This document shows, in pieces, positions 37,974 through 50,600 of a DNA stretch of 64,000 nucleotides; positions within the stretch are counted from its first letter, which is position 1, and every line of letters begins with the position of its first letter. A program made the position numbers and the translations under genes. The DNA is from Camelus dromedarius (Eukaryota), in the NCBI RefSeq assembly GCF_036321535.1, contig NC_087436.1, positions 11,408,001 through 11,472,000 of the forward strand, given 5' to 3'. The notes beneath the pieces were generated by a model, which saw only the letters and a program-made list of their open reading frames with translations, searched no databases and was not told the DNA's origin.

Positions 37974-39419
37974 ATGGCGGTGGCGGCGGCCCTGGCTGGA
38001 CTCCAGGCAGAAGCCAACTGTCCCGTGTGTCTGGACGGCCTGAGCGACCCCGTCACCATCGACTGTGGGCACAACTTCTGCCGCCGCTGCATCCAGCAGT
38101 CCTGGGCTCACCTGGAGGACAGGTTCCCTTGCCCCGTGTGCCGCCACCCGTGCCAGGAGCGGCACGTCAGGAGCAACACCCAGCTGGGCAGGATGATCGA
38201 CATCGCCAGGCAGCTGGGCGGCCGCAGGAGCAAGAGGAGGAGGCGCGAGGAGCCGCGCCTGTGCGAGCGGCACCACCAGGTCCTGGGCCTCTTCTGCGAG
38301 GACGACCTGGAGCTGCTGTGTCCCCTGTGCACGCAGCCCCCTGAGCACCAGGGCCACGTGGTGAGGTCCGTGGGCGAGGCCGCCGCTCACCACCGCAAGA
38401 GGCTCGGCAGTTACGTGGAGCCCCTGAAGACGCGGGTGGCCGACGCTCAGAGCCTGGTGGCCGCGCAGGACAGGAAGCTGCTGGAGCTGCGGGAGCAGGT
38501 GCAGCGCCAGCGGCGGGAGCTGGCCTTGGAGTTCGGGCAGCTGAACCGGGCTGTGGACCGCGAGCAGGAGGCCGTCCTGGAGAGGCTGGTCCAGGAGGAG
38601 CGGGACATCCAGGAGCAGCTGGGCGCCAACGTGGCCGCCTTCTCGGACCACATTTCCACCCTGAAGGGCCTCCTGCAGGAGGTGGCCGAGCGGAGCGTGC
38701 TGCCCGGCGTGAGGCTGCTGAGAGGCATCGGGGGCGTCCTGCGCAGGTGCGAGGGCCTGCGGTGCCCCGCCGTCTACTCCTTCCAGCTGCGCCGCGAAGG
38801 CTGCAGCCTCCCCCCGCAGCACTCGGCTCTGCGCAAAATCATCCAGACGTTCCGGGAGGACGTGAGCCTGGACCCCGAGACGGCGCACCCCAGCCTGCTG
38901 GTGTCCGAGGACAGGAAGTCCGCGACGTTCCTGGGGAGGAAGCGGAGGGCGCCCCGCGGCGCGCGGAGGTTCAGCGCGGAGCCGGCGGTGCTGGGCGCCC
39001 AGGGCTTCGCGCGCGGCCGGCGGTACTGGGAGGTGCGGCTGGGCGGGCCGGCGTGGGCGGTGGGCGTCTGCGCGGACCCCGCGGACCCCGCCCCCGGGAC
39101 GCGCGCGGGGCGCCCGGCGGGACCCGGCGGCCGCTGGACGGTGCGGCTGCGCGGCGGGGCGTACGAGGCGCAGGGGCCCGGGGGCGCCGTCCCCCTGGAG
39201 CTGAAGGACCGGCCCGGCGGGGTGGGCGTGTACCTGGACTACGAGCTGGGCGCCGTGTCCTTCTACAGTGTGGACGACAGGTCTCACCTCCACTCCTTCT
39301 CCGCGGCGTTTTCGGAAGTCCTGAAGCCCTACTTCTGCATCAGGAGCGACTCTCTCACAGTCTGCGCGGTGAGAGACTACGGGGGTGATCCCAGCCAACA
39401 GGGACCTGCAGATAACTGA
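37974..39419 (+). CDS. TRIM75: Tripartite motif-containing protein 75 (RING, B-box2, coiled coil, PRY-SPRY/B30.2); single coding exon, 481 aa
   Basis: ORF 37890..39419; first ATG at 37974 gives MAVAAALAGLQAEANCPVCLD...RSNTQLGRMIDIA, matching the TRIM75 N-terminus as I recall it. Intact C3HC4 RING, B-box (CERH..FCEDD..LCPLC..HQGH), LDPETAHPSL, YWEV, VYLDYELG and LKPYF motifs. AATAAA at 39474-39479. Confidence 0.9.
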   Translation: MAVAAALAGLQAEANCPVCLDGLSDPVTIDCGHNFCRRCIQQSWAHLEDRFPCPVCRHPCQERHVRSNTQLGRMIDIARQLGGRRSKRRRREEPRLCERHHQVLGLFCEDDLELLCPLCTQPPEHQGHVVRSVGEAAAHHRKRLGSYVEPLKTRVADAQSLVAAQDRKLLELREQVQRQRRELALEFGQLNRAVDREQEAVLERLVQEERDIQEQLGANVAAFSDHISTLKGLLQEVAERSVLPGVRLLRGIGGVLRRCEGLRCPAVYSFQLRREGCSLPPQHSALRKIIQTFREDVSLDPETAHPSLLVSEDRKSATFLGRKRRAPRGARRFSAEPAVLGAQGFARGRRYWEVRLGGPAWAVGVCADPADPAPGTRAGRPAGPGGRWTVRLRGGAYEAQGPGGAVPLELKDRPGGVGVYLDYELGAVSFYSVDDRSHLHSFSAAFSEVLKPYFCIRSDSLTVCAVRDYGGDPSQQGPADN

Positions 39420-40460
39420 AGTGTTTCCAGAACTCTAACGTGGGAGCGTGTGAAACTGTAGTTTCACAGCTGCAATAAACTTGTGAACATTTGCATGTTT
39501 CGTCTACCTGCACTTTACCTGTTTTATAAGCACCTTACGCGTTCCAGGTGGGAGAGAAGACAATTGTGCGGGGACACTTTTCAGTGGGTCTCTTGCTTTT
39601 CTGCAAGTGTCGGGAGCGAGGAACTGAGGGCTCCACACTGTTTGCCCGGATGTTTTTATGGGAAACAGCCTTGGAAGATAAGAGGCGGTGTCTCCATCTG
39701 GAGTACAGGGAGATTTGTATATTGTCCAGTCTCCCTCCGGGGCAAAAGTCAAGCAGATTTATTGCTTCTTTTTTTTTTTTTTAACAGGAGTTGGGTTTTG
39801 CTTATTACCAATGGTGCATCTTAATCAAGTCTCACCTGAAATTTGAGATCTTGTCTATCATGTCAAGAAATTATGAGCATTAGATGAGATCACTTATACA
39901 TCTGCCTGGGAGATATTTGACATAGAAAAAGACAGTGTTTTGTCGTATCTGTTACAAAATAATACTTTTTCTTTTCTTTCTTTCTTTTTTTTTTTTTTTT
40001 CTTTTGGGAGCCTAATGATTTTTGTGTTTTGATTTGTGACAGAGCAAACAGCAGATTGTCCCCACTCCTTCCCATGCATGGGAGATTTATGTCCATGTCT
40101 CCGCAGGGTTAACCTGCTGCTACTTTTCTCCCCGCTTCCAACATTTAAACGTATTTCTACTCCATTTCTAATTTTTTCAGTCACATTTCAGCTTTGAGTG
40201 TGGCTGATTTTGTTTTTTAATGAAAAGCATGCATGTAAGATTGGATTAACATATAGAGCTACAATTTAAAGGAGAATAGTAAAATGAAAACCCAGGTATA
40301 GGTTAGGAAATAAGGGTACGTAGCCCAGCGGCCCTGATGGACTCCATCATAGTATGTCGCTCCCATTTTCCTCAGCCTGAGGCATCCGGTATCTTATTTA
40401 ATATTAATAATTCCCTTGCTTTTTTTTAAAAAAAAAGGTACTTTATTTCTGTCTTACTTG

Positions 40461-40580
40461 ATTATTTTATTTTGGGGGAAGTAATTAGATTTATTTATTT
40501 TTGGAGGAGGTACTGATGATTGAACCGAGGACCTTTTGCATTCTAAGCATGTGCTCTACCACTTGAGCTATACCCTCCTC
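40461..40580 (-). mobile_element. tRNA-derived SINE (Vic-1-like)
   Basis: gctctaccacttgagctataccctcc. Confidence 0.8.
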
Positions 40581-40619
40581 TGTTTGTTTTTCTTCACAGG
40601 TTTATCACATATGCATATC

Positions 40620-42150
40620 TTCACAGCCAATGAAGTGTATGAAAAGCCAGAGACCAATAGCAAACCTAGCTGAATAATCAAATTTTTTTTCTTACCACAG
40701 AATGGAAATGAAAACAAATCATAGGATTATCTCAGTAGATGGCAGAAAAATCATTTGATAAAATTCACCCATCTACAGTTACGGAGGACTGAATGTGTCC
40801 CATCCCAAACTATTTGGAGGTGTGATCTTGAAATAGGTAATCAAGGTTAGATGAGGGTGAGGACAAATTTAATATGACTAGTCAGTGATTGTTTTTAAAA
40901 CAAATTTAGCAAATTAGGAAAAAGTAATTTCCTTAATGTGTTCATTGATATCTACCCAAAACCCACACTGATGATAAAATTCTGATAGTGCTCTCTCTGA
41001 CAACGGAACTCAAAGATTCTTGCTATCACCTCTTTAGCACTGTGTTGATTCCTACTTCAATATGACTTCCTCAAAAGAGGACACCAGGGAAGTGTATCCA
41101 TCGAGGAAACACCGTGGGCGGGCACAGAGAGGCCATGTACAAGACAAGGAGGCCTCCGGAGAAACCAGGCCTGCAGGCGCCTTGATCTTGGACCTCCAGC
41201 ACCGTGAGAAAAATTTCCTTTGTTTAAGCCACTCAGTCGTAACATTTTAAGTCAGCCTTCCCGGATTAATGTATGGAGTCATGATAAAAATAAAAATAAA
41301 AATTTAGCAAAGTAGATAACAAAGGGAACTTCCTTAATCTGTTGAAGGGTGTCTACCACAACACTACAGCATTGATAAAATTCTGATAGTTTTCTCTCTG
41401 AGAATGGAAATGAGACATCTATTCAACATCGTGTTGGCATTCTTAACAATCAGGCAAGGAAGGAACAAGCATAATGATTGGGAAGAAAAAAAGTAAAAAT
41501 GTTATTATTATCAAATGGTATGATTTTTTTTACATAGAAAATTCAAAATATTTTACAAATGAAGTATTTAATAGGTAAATGTTGTAAGGTTGCTACATAC
41601 AAGGTTAATATGCAAAATTCAATTGCATTTCAGTATACCAGCATCAATCAGAAAATGAAAGTTGCCATTTGTAACAGGACCAAAAAATATCAGATACCGA
41701 AAGAAATCTAACAAAAATACACAGGTCTTTTACACAGATGACTTGACTGTGAAGCGTTACAGAACATTTTTTTTAAAGGACAAAATAAATGACAGGAATT
41801 ACCATATAAAATAGTAAGAAGATTGGATGTTATAAAGATATCATTTCTCCTCAATTAAATTTCAGCTATTTAATGAGAAGGGATCCAGAAAATCAAACTC
41901 ATACTATGTATAAAAGTCACTTCCAGCTGTATGAATGGACATACTGCAGTGCATTTAGGAGCTAAAATAGGGGAATATCTTCATGATCTCAAGATTAAAA
42001 TTTGTTTCTTAAATAGAGAAATAGATGACTGTATTACATTTTAGACTTCTTTTTAATTAGATGGGAATATAAAAAGAGTGTGGGGAAAGGTGAGAGAAGT
42101 TATTCCCAATGTATGTAGCTGACAAAGGACTACAAATATTGCACATCTCC
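40620..42150 (+). mobile_element. Old L1 ORF2 remnant with an interleaved MaLR LTR
   Basis: ggattatctcagtagatggcagaaaaatcatttgataaaattc; ctattcaacatcgtgttgg; MLT-like pieces at ~40775-40880 and ~41060-41270. Confidence 0.6.
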
Positions 42151-42507
42151 ACCTGAGCAAGAGGTCCAACAGAGCTTCCGTGATACAGAGAGCCCTGCAG
42201 ATGTCAACACACATACATAAACACACAACTTACTAAAGAGCTCATGGTTACCTTTCAGAATGTGGTGCTCAGTGCTGAGCTCCTGTAACACTAAACATCC
42301 ACGTGTGGCTAATACCAGTCAGGCCTCAGAAAAATGCTTCTCTAAATATCTTACCTTCTGTCCTCTAAAAAAAAGAACATCCTGCCGTATAGCACAGGGA
42401 ACTATAGTCAGTGACTTGTAGTAACATATAATGAAAAAGAATATATGCATACACATATATAACTGAATCACTTTGCTGTACACTGGAAACTGATACAACA
42501 TTGTTGT

Positions 42508-42600
42508 GGAGGAAGGGTATAGCTCAGTGGTAGAGTGCATACTTAGCATGCATGGGGTCCTGAGTTCAATCCCCAGTAACTCCACTAAAAAGAAAAAAAT
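42508..42600 (+). mobile_element. tRNA-derived SINE (Vic-1-like) inside an L1 3' end
   Basis: gggtatagctcagtggtagagtgcatacttagcatgcatgggg. Confidence 0.85.
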
Positions 42601-42689
42601 TATAAATCAACTATGCTTCAATAAAATAGTAAAAAGAAAAAAAAGTGTCCTGGGAACTGGTAAGTTGTATTGCTGTCAGGAGAGGACTA

Positions 42690-44665
42690 AGAAAGCCCCA
42701 AACACTCTACTGAAAAAACTGCTAGAATGAAAAAACAAATCCAGTGAAGTTTCAGGAGACAAAATCAATACCCAAAAATCTGTTGTATTTCCATACACTA
42801 ACAAAAAGCTTTTAGAAAAGTAAATTAAGAAAACAATCCCATTTACAACAGAATAAATTTAACCAAGGAAGTGAAAGACCTATACACTGATGAAGAAATT
42901 GAAGAAGACTAAATAAACAGAAAGAGAGTCAATGCTCCTGGATTGGAAAAATTAATATTGTTAAAATGTCTATACTACCCAAAGCAATCTACAGATTCAA
43001 TGCAATCCTTATCAAAACACCAAATGCGTTTTGCACAGAAATAGAACAACCAATCCTAAAATTTGTGTGGCACCACAAAATACCCTGAATAGCCAAAACA
43101 CCTTAAGAAAGAACAAAGCTGGAAGCATCACACTCCCTAATTTCAAACTACATTGCGAGGCTAGGGTAATCAAAACAGTAAAGTACTGGCATAAAAACAG
43201 GCACATAGCTCAATGGAACAGAAAAGCCCAGAAATAAACCCGTGCATACATGGTCAATTAATTTATGACAGAGGAACCAAGAATACACAATAGAGAAAGA
43301 ACAATTTCTTCAATAAATGGTGTTGGGAAAACTGGGCAGCTACATGCAAAAGAATGAAATTGGACTACTATGTTACACTATACACAAAAGTTAATTCAGA
43401 ATGGATTAAAGACATGAACATAAGAATTGAAACCATAAAAAAATCCTAGAAGAAAACACAGACATTAAACTCCTTCACACCGGTCCTTGACATTGGTCCT
43501 GGCAAGGATATTTTAAATCTGACACCAAAAATAGGAGCAATGAAAGTGTAATAAACAAGAGGGACTACATCAAACTAAAAAGCTTCTGCACAGTCCAGGA
43601 AACTATCAACAAAATGAAAAGGCAACCTATTAAATGAGAGAAAATATTTGCAAATCATATTGCTGATAAGGGGTAAATATTCCAAAATATATAAAATCAT
43701 ACAATTCAATAGCAAAAAAAATAAATAAATAAAATAAACAAACAAACAAAAAATAAAAACAATCAGCAGGTCTGAATAGACGTTTTTCCAAAGGACATAT
43801 AGATGGCCAACAGACACATGAGAAGGTGCTCCGGATCACTAATCATCAGGGAAACGTAAATCAAAATCACTATGAGGCATCACCATATCACTGCACACCT
43901 ATCAAAGTGATTATTATTAAAAAGACAAAAATAACAAGTGTTGGTGAGGATGTAAAGAAAGTGTTGGTGAGGATGTTGATGAGAATGTAAATTGGGGCAG
44001 CCACTATGGAAAGCAGTAAGGAGGTAAAAAATTAAAAATAGAACTACTATATGATTCAGCAGTTCCACTTCTGGGTATTATCTGAAGAAGATAAAAACAT
44101 TAGCTCGAAAAGATATATGCCCCCTAATGTTCATTGCATCAATGTTTATAATAGCCAAGATATGGAAACAACCTAAGTGTCCCTCCATGGATAAATGGAT
44201 AAAGAAGATGTGGTATATATATAATATAATATAATATAATATAATATAATATAATATAATATAATATAATATAATATGCCAATATATATATAAAATGGAA
44301 TATTTTTCAGCCATAAAAAAAGAATGAAATCTTGCCATTTGTGACAAAGTGGATGGACCTACAGGGTATTATGTTAGATGAAATAAGTCAGACAGAGAAG
44401 GGTAAATACTGTATGATTTCACCTACATGTGGAACTAAAACACACACACACACGCATATACACACACAAGCTCATCCATTCAGAGAACAGATCAGTGGTT
44501 GCCAGAGGTGGAGGGGGTGAGAGGTGAGTGATATAGGTAAAAGTGGTCAAAAGGTACCAACTTCCAGTTATAGAATAAATAAGTCATGAAGACGTAATGT
44601 ACAGTGTGATGACTTTAGTTAATAATACTGTATTGCAAATAATAATAATAATACTGTATTGCATA
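42690..44665 (+). mobile_element. L1 ORF2 3' half and 3' UTR, decayed
   Basis: [27 protein letters not shown] and MPFVTKWMDLQGIMLDEISQ peptides. Confidence 0.9.
44221..44277. repeat. (ATAAT)n pentanucleotide microsatellite inside L1
   Basis: About 11 perfect units. Confidence 0.95.
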
Positions 44666-45332
44666 TTTAAAAGTTGCTAAGAGTAAAATTTTGTATTGAA
44701 GTATAGTTGAGTTACAACATTGTGTTAGTTTGAGATGTACAGCAAAGTGATTCAGTTACGTAAGTATATTTTTAGAAAAACAAAGGGAATTACATTTGAG
44801 TTATCCTCAGAAATGAAACAATGCAAGCAAGAAGACAATGGAGTGAGGTATTTAGAGTATTGAGAGAATAAGCCACCAACGTAGAGTTCTGTACCATGTG
44901 AAATTAGCCTTCAAAAGTAGACATAAAGCAGAAATAGAAAGTAGAAGTAGAAATAAAGCCTGGTTGTTTATGCAGATTTAAGTCCTTGCCTTCTGCACTG
45001 ATAAGAGTTTCTAGAGATTTGGTCATCCTCCTCTTCCCAGGGATACACCTTTACAAACCGAGAGTTCCCTTACAAATGTAAATGTTTCTTAGAGAAGGGT
45101 AATTCCCACTTGGTTTTCAGTTTCTCAAATGTCTCTAGTTTCTTAGAAAGTAACCAGCTTAAAATAATATGCCAAAAAAAAAACGTATTTTGAAGTGGCG
45201 AATTCCTCTCTACTACATCAGCTACGAAGTCTTTCTTCCTTCAGTTAAATCTTTTTTTAATCTTGTTATGAAAAATTAAAAGCTTATACAAAGTAGGAAT
45301 ATGATAATAGAACAGGATAATAAACCCCTATG

Positions 45333-45886
45333 TGTTAACTGAACACGAGTTTGTGTGCCCATGAAGAGTGAAGCCAACAGTCCTAAGTATGTCAGAGTTT
45401 GGTTGAAGCAGAGAAAGGTTTATTGCAAAGTCAAGCAAGGAGAATGGGTGGCTAGTGCTCAAAAAAACACAAACTCTTGGATAGTTTTCAGGGACAGGTT
45501 TTTATAGGCAAAATTTGGGGTGAGAGCTGCAGGGTATGTGACTTTCTTCTGATGGGTGGTGGTGAGGTCACAGGGCAGTGCTCCAGGAATCCTGTGCTCA
45601 GCCCATCCTCCACCTGGGTGGGGGCCTTGGTTCTGACTGAAGAACTCAAAGACTTTGTTCTGTGTATTCCTTAAGGAGGAACCAGGACCCTGCCCTAAGG
45701 CTCCACTGCTTCTCCTCCCTTGTTTCTGCCTTCCCTCCCTTCCCTGATTAGCAACTGTTTGGATCTGCCCTTGGGAGCTCAGGGAAGGTCAAAGAGGCTG
45801 AATGAAGCCTACTAACTACAAACAAGAAACAGGAACGTGGAAAGCATCTGGACCTAGGAGGGGCCCACAGGGTCCTGCTCAGTTTC
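45333..45886 (-). mobile_element. Solo ERV1-type LTR
   Basis: TG..CA termini (tgttaac...gtttca); related to the LTR at 59152-59793. Confidence 0.65.
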
Positions 45887-45924
45887 ACATGCAGCTGTCA
45901 CCCAGAGTCACTATCAATATTACA

Positions 45925-46503
45925 ACTTAAGAACCACTTTGGAATTATGTTGTCTCTGTATAGGTAGAATGGACTTAGATTATTTCTCAAGAATTTCCTT
46001 GGGGATCAGTCTGCATCTATGAACCAGGCTTGTGTCTAAAAAGGAACAAGGAACATTGCTCACCACCCGGTTCTACAAAGGCTTAAGTGGCAGCCCACTG
46101 CAGTCACCCACTGACAGCCCACCCTGGTCAGGATTCTGGATGGAAAGCAAGATGAGGCCCTCTGGGCTTTGGATAAATGGGTAATTAGATCATTAGACAC
46201 CTCTCAGGAAGAAGTTTAATGACCCCGTGGTCTTGCGACTTCCCACACACAGAAAAGCACTAGCATTGTTAACCTGAGATGTCTGTTCTTTGTGACGGGC
46301 TGTAATCTTTTACCCAGATGTGTGCTCCTTGACTACGTGTATTTCCCAGCCAAAAAATTCACGTATATCCTGGCTACACCCCTACCTTTTCGGCAGGTCC
46401 TCAGAGCTACCGAGTGGTTGTCTCCTGGGCTGTCGTCCTCAGTAAGACCCTGAATACAACTGAAACTTACAGCTCTCATGTTATGGATTTTATTTTCGTT
46501 GAC
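45925..46503 (+). mobile_element. ERV1-type LTR (left boundary uncertain)
   Basis: Typical U3/R/U5 end gtcctcagtaagaccctgaata...tttcgttgaca. Confidence 0.55.
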
Positions 46504-46656
46504 ACTTATTTCACATGGGTATCCTCGCTGTCAACCTTCTCTAAGGAAGAAGATCTTTCAGCTAGTAACCCAGCTGTCAGCCCTGCATTGAAACCTCTTC
46601 TTGACTTTCTCAACTTCTCAGATCCTTAGTTTGCTCATCGAAAAACACAAATAATA

Positions 46657-46814
46657 GGGTGAGGGTGTAGCTCAGTGGTAGAGCACACGCTTAGCATGCA
46701 TGAGGTCCTGGGTTCAATCCCCAGTACCTCCATTATATAAATAGATGTATAAACCTAATTACCTACCCTCCAAAACAGATTAATTTAAAAAATAAATTTT
46801 TTAATTTAAAAAAA
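46657..46814 (+). mobile_element. tRNA-derived SINE (Vic-1-like)
   Basis: Full head and tail; TSD gaaaaacacaaataata / gaaaaatacaaataaca. Confidence 0.9.
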
Positions 46815-47112
46815 GAAAAATACAAATAACAGAAACTGTCTTACAAGATTATTACAGGGGACGACTCCAATGTTCTTAGATCAGTTGTATATAAGATTTA
46901 TAATACAGCCTAGTATAACTATATATCCTGTATATTAAGTTTTTCATATATATATGTATGAAATACATATCTGTCCTGTTGGTTCTGTTTCCCTGAACAA
47001 CCTGAAATCAAGCAGGACCCTGTGGGGTCCTCTTGGGTACAAATCCTTTCCATCTCCCTCATTTCTTTTTTTGTAGGGACAAGGCTTCAGCCTCCTAGCC
47101 CTCCTGAGTTTC

Positions 47113-47742
47113 TGATGCAGGAAAACAGATGTGGGGCGTGAGCAGGGCCGTGTCCCAGGCTTCGGTTGAGCTCCTGGGACGTGCCCCATCAAGTGTGGGT
47201 CCTTGGCTTCATGCAGGAAAGAATTCAAGCCCGAGCCACAGTTGAGTAAAGGTAGATTTGTACAGAGAGATACATTGAAAGGCAAGAGAAAGGCCACGAG
47301 GGGTGGGGGCTGGGTGCTCAGATTAAAAGTAGATACACTCTCCATAGACAGAATGTGGGCCGTCCAAAGAGGGAGAGAGAGAGTGCGGCCTCAAGGCAAT
47401 GCCCTATTGCTAGTTTTCATGGGCTTGGTGGCTTCATATGCTAGTAAGTGGAAGGCCCAGTCTAAGTAGCCGAGGGAAGGGGCTGGGATTCCCAGGAAGT
47501 TGGCCCTTTCCCACCCTTTGACCTTTTGGGGCTAGCCTTGGGACTGCCACGGTGCCTGTGGGCGTGTTACTCACCATGCTAATGTATTACAATGAGCCTA
47601 TAACGAAGCTCAAGATCTGCTAGAAGTTAAATCTCCCACCATCTTGAGCCTCAAGGCCTCCTGGGGGTTGAATCTTTCGCCATTTTGATGTTAATGGATG
47701 TAGCATTCCTTGAGTGGCTGTGCCTTGCCCCCCTCCTGTCTC
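47113..47742 (-). mobile_element. Solo ERV LTR, apparently nested in another LTR
   Basis: tgatgcagg...cctgtctca termini; caggaaagaattcaag motif. Confidence 0.65.
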
Positions 47743-49299
47743 ATTCCCACAAAAACAACCATTGTTAGTCATCTAGCAGTTTGGTGTGTATCTTTTGTCA
47801 TTTTTATTTTTATGAAGATTATACAGTATATCCTTTAAAGCCAAAAAGTCCTAGACACCTTATAAAAAACAGCATTCTCTACCCTCCCCAGTGCCTCTCT
47901 CCTCCAAGTCAACTGCTTTCAATTTCTTTGGTGCTGACTTCAGCTTGGTATTTATCTCCGTATCTCTAAATAACATCCTTCACTTGCTACTTGATTTTTT
48001 TCAGGTTTAGCCATTAGCTCTGGACCTTCTGCCTCCACCCCAGCCATACACATGCCCTCTTTCTGTTTCCCCAAATCCCTCATATACTAGTTATTATGAT
48101 TTTGGTCAATTTAATATTCAGTGTTTAAGTTATGAGAGTTGAATGTTCATCCTTCTCTGACCACTTTTCCTTTTCTACCCAACTTTTCATTTTTTATCGA
48201 GTTCCCTTTGAGCTGAGTGTTGAATGTCTTATGTGTTAGTACTTGTTAACCAGGCAAACCCAACCTGCTGTTCTCCTCATGCTCAGGCATCAAGGGTGAC
48301 TTCAAATTTTTTACCCTGAATAAATGGAAGAATGGACCTGCCATTTACTGAAAGGGGTAGGGAGAGGTGGAACAGGTCCGGGGCAGGAGAGAGCAGGCAT
48401 TCAGTTTGGGGAATGTTAAATTTGTGTATTTATCGGCCATCCAGTGTCAACCAGGCAGTTGGAGAAGCTGCTCTGGAGTTCAGGAGAGAGCCGCACCGGC
48501 CTTATAAATTTGGGGGATGATTTAAGGCCATGAAGCTGAAACGTAAGGCTGAAGTCACAAAGAGAGGGTGTGCAGACAGAGATGAGGAGAGGGCCCAGGA
48601 CTGAGCCTCCGGCAGTCCAGCCTCAGAAATCCGGGGAGAGAAGCTTCGGGTGTCAACGAAAATGGAATAAGCCTGCCGGAGCCCATCTTTCCCACTGATT
48701 TCAACTAAAACCCAAAGTACAGCAGTTACCTAAGGACTCTGCAAAGTAATTAAGGGCAGGCAGACCAGGAGGGAAGGCAAACGCTGAAGAGCAAGCTGTA
48801 AGGGGACAGTGAGCTTCCTGGACTTTTCCTCTTTTACCCTCAGCTGTGATCCAAGAGCAGGGCCATGAATCGAAGACGGCAAACACTTGGAGAAAGCCCT
48901 TCCTTGTGAGAGGACTGCGGAAGGGCCCATGATGGAGAGTGTGAGCTCTCTCCCCGCTCCGCCTGAGACCAGTTCTAGTCCCAGCGGGGGAAGTGCACTC
49001 CTGGCTACACGAACAGGGGAAAGAGAACACTTCTTGAAAAAAGTGGCAGAGGGAATGGGGGCTGGGGGGAGAGGGAAATCCTCCTATGACTTTTTTCTCT
49101 TCTGCCACGTTGTCCTAAGGGCAGGCGCACATAGGAGAAGGGAGTCAGAGTGTCAGGAAGCAGGCAGGAGCTGGAGAAGGGAATTCCCTACCTCTGTGGA
49201 TAGATCTAGGCCCGCCCCTCACTGCTTTGAGAAATGAACTGCAATGTAACTGCCTATGAAGTCCCAGACAGCTCCAAACATTTTCAAAAATTCTTTTTT

Positions 49300-50150
49300 T
49301 TTAAACCCTTAAAAATCAACAAGAAAGCAAACAACCAAATAAAAAATGGACAAATGACTAGAACAGGCATTTCATCAAAGAAACAGATGGCAAAGAGGCC
49401 CACAAAAGATGCTCAATATCCTACCCATCAGTGAAATGCAAATTAAAATCAAAGACTGTACTACACACCTATTAGAAGAGCTACAATGTTTAAACAGTGA
49501 CAATGTCAAGTGCTGGTAAGTAGGCAGAGAAACTGGAACTCAAGTTGCTGGTAGGAATGCCAAATGGTCCAGTTACTTTGGAAAATAGTTTGGCAGGTTT
49601 TTTTTTTTTTTTTCCTTTCTTTAAATTTTTTCTCTTTAGGTTTTTGGGGTTTTGTGGGTTTTTTCTAGCAGTTTCTTTTAAAGTTAGACCATATGCCTCA
49701 GCAGTCCCACTCCTAGGTATTTACCCAAATGGAATGAAAGCTTCACTTGAGGGAAGTTCACATCAAAACTTTTATACAAATATTTACAGTAGGTTTACCC
49801 ATAATAGCCTCAAGCTGGAAGCAACCCAAAGGTCCCTCAACTGGGAGCTGAATAAATAAACTGTGGTACATTCCTGGAATATTATTCAGTAATGAAGAGG
49901 AATGGGCCATTGGCATTCAGAACATGGATGGATTGCAAATGTGTTATGCTAAGCAAAAGAAGACAGACTCAAAAGGCACGTGCTGCATGAATCCATTTAT
50001 ATGACATTCTGGAAAAGACAAAAATATAGAGATGGGAACAGATCCCTCCCTGTCAACAGATAAGAGTGGAGGTAGGCTCTGACTATCAAGGGATGCAGAA
50101 CTACAGTATTCTGGAGGAAAGGGCTGATGACACCGTTCCTTATCTTGACT
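49300..50150 (+). mobile_element. Old L1 (L1M-type) 3' region
   Basis: gcagtcccactcctaggtatttaccca; ccatttatatgacattctggaaaagacaaaa. Confidence 0.75.
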
Positions 50151-50600
50151 ATTGTAATGGTTTCCCATAGCTGCTGTAACAAATTACAAAAAAATTTGTG
50201 GCTTAAGACAACACGAATTTACCATCTGACAGTTTGGAGGTCAACGGCCCTGAAATCAAGGTGCTGGCCAGGCTGTGTCTCTTCTGGGGGCTCCAGGAAA
50301 GAAATGAATTATTTCCTTCTTGCCTTTTCCAGCTTCCAGAGGCTGCCCGCATTTGATGGCTCACAGCCCTGTCTCCATCTTCAAGTCTGCACTGTAGCAT
50401 CTTCAAACCTCTCGCATCTTCATGGGCTGACCCTCCTGCCTTTCTCTTTTCCTTATAAGGACCCTTGTGATCACATTGAGCCCACTGGCACCCCCAGCTG
50501 TCAGGACACAATTTAATCACACCTGCAAAGTCCTGTTTGCCATGTGAGGTAGGTTCTTGGGATAAAGACATGAAAACCTTTGGGAGAGGGGGCAGATTAT
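50150..50600 (-). mobile_element. MaLR LTR (MLT1-like)
   Basis: gctgctgtaacaaattac; cttataaggacccttgtgatcacattg. Confidence 0.75.

Noticed and set aside
37641..39398. 585-aa antisense ORF and other long overlapping ORFs over TRIM75
   Set aside because: Expected by-product of extreme GC content, since stop codons are scarce; the peptides are low-complexity with no domain.
42508..42590. tRNA-like sequences at nine sites
   Set aside because: They are SINE heads with tails and TSDs, not intact tRNA genes.
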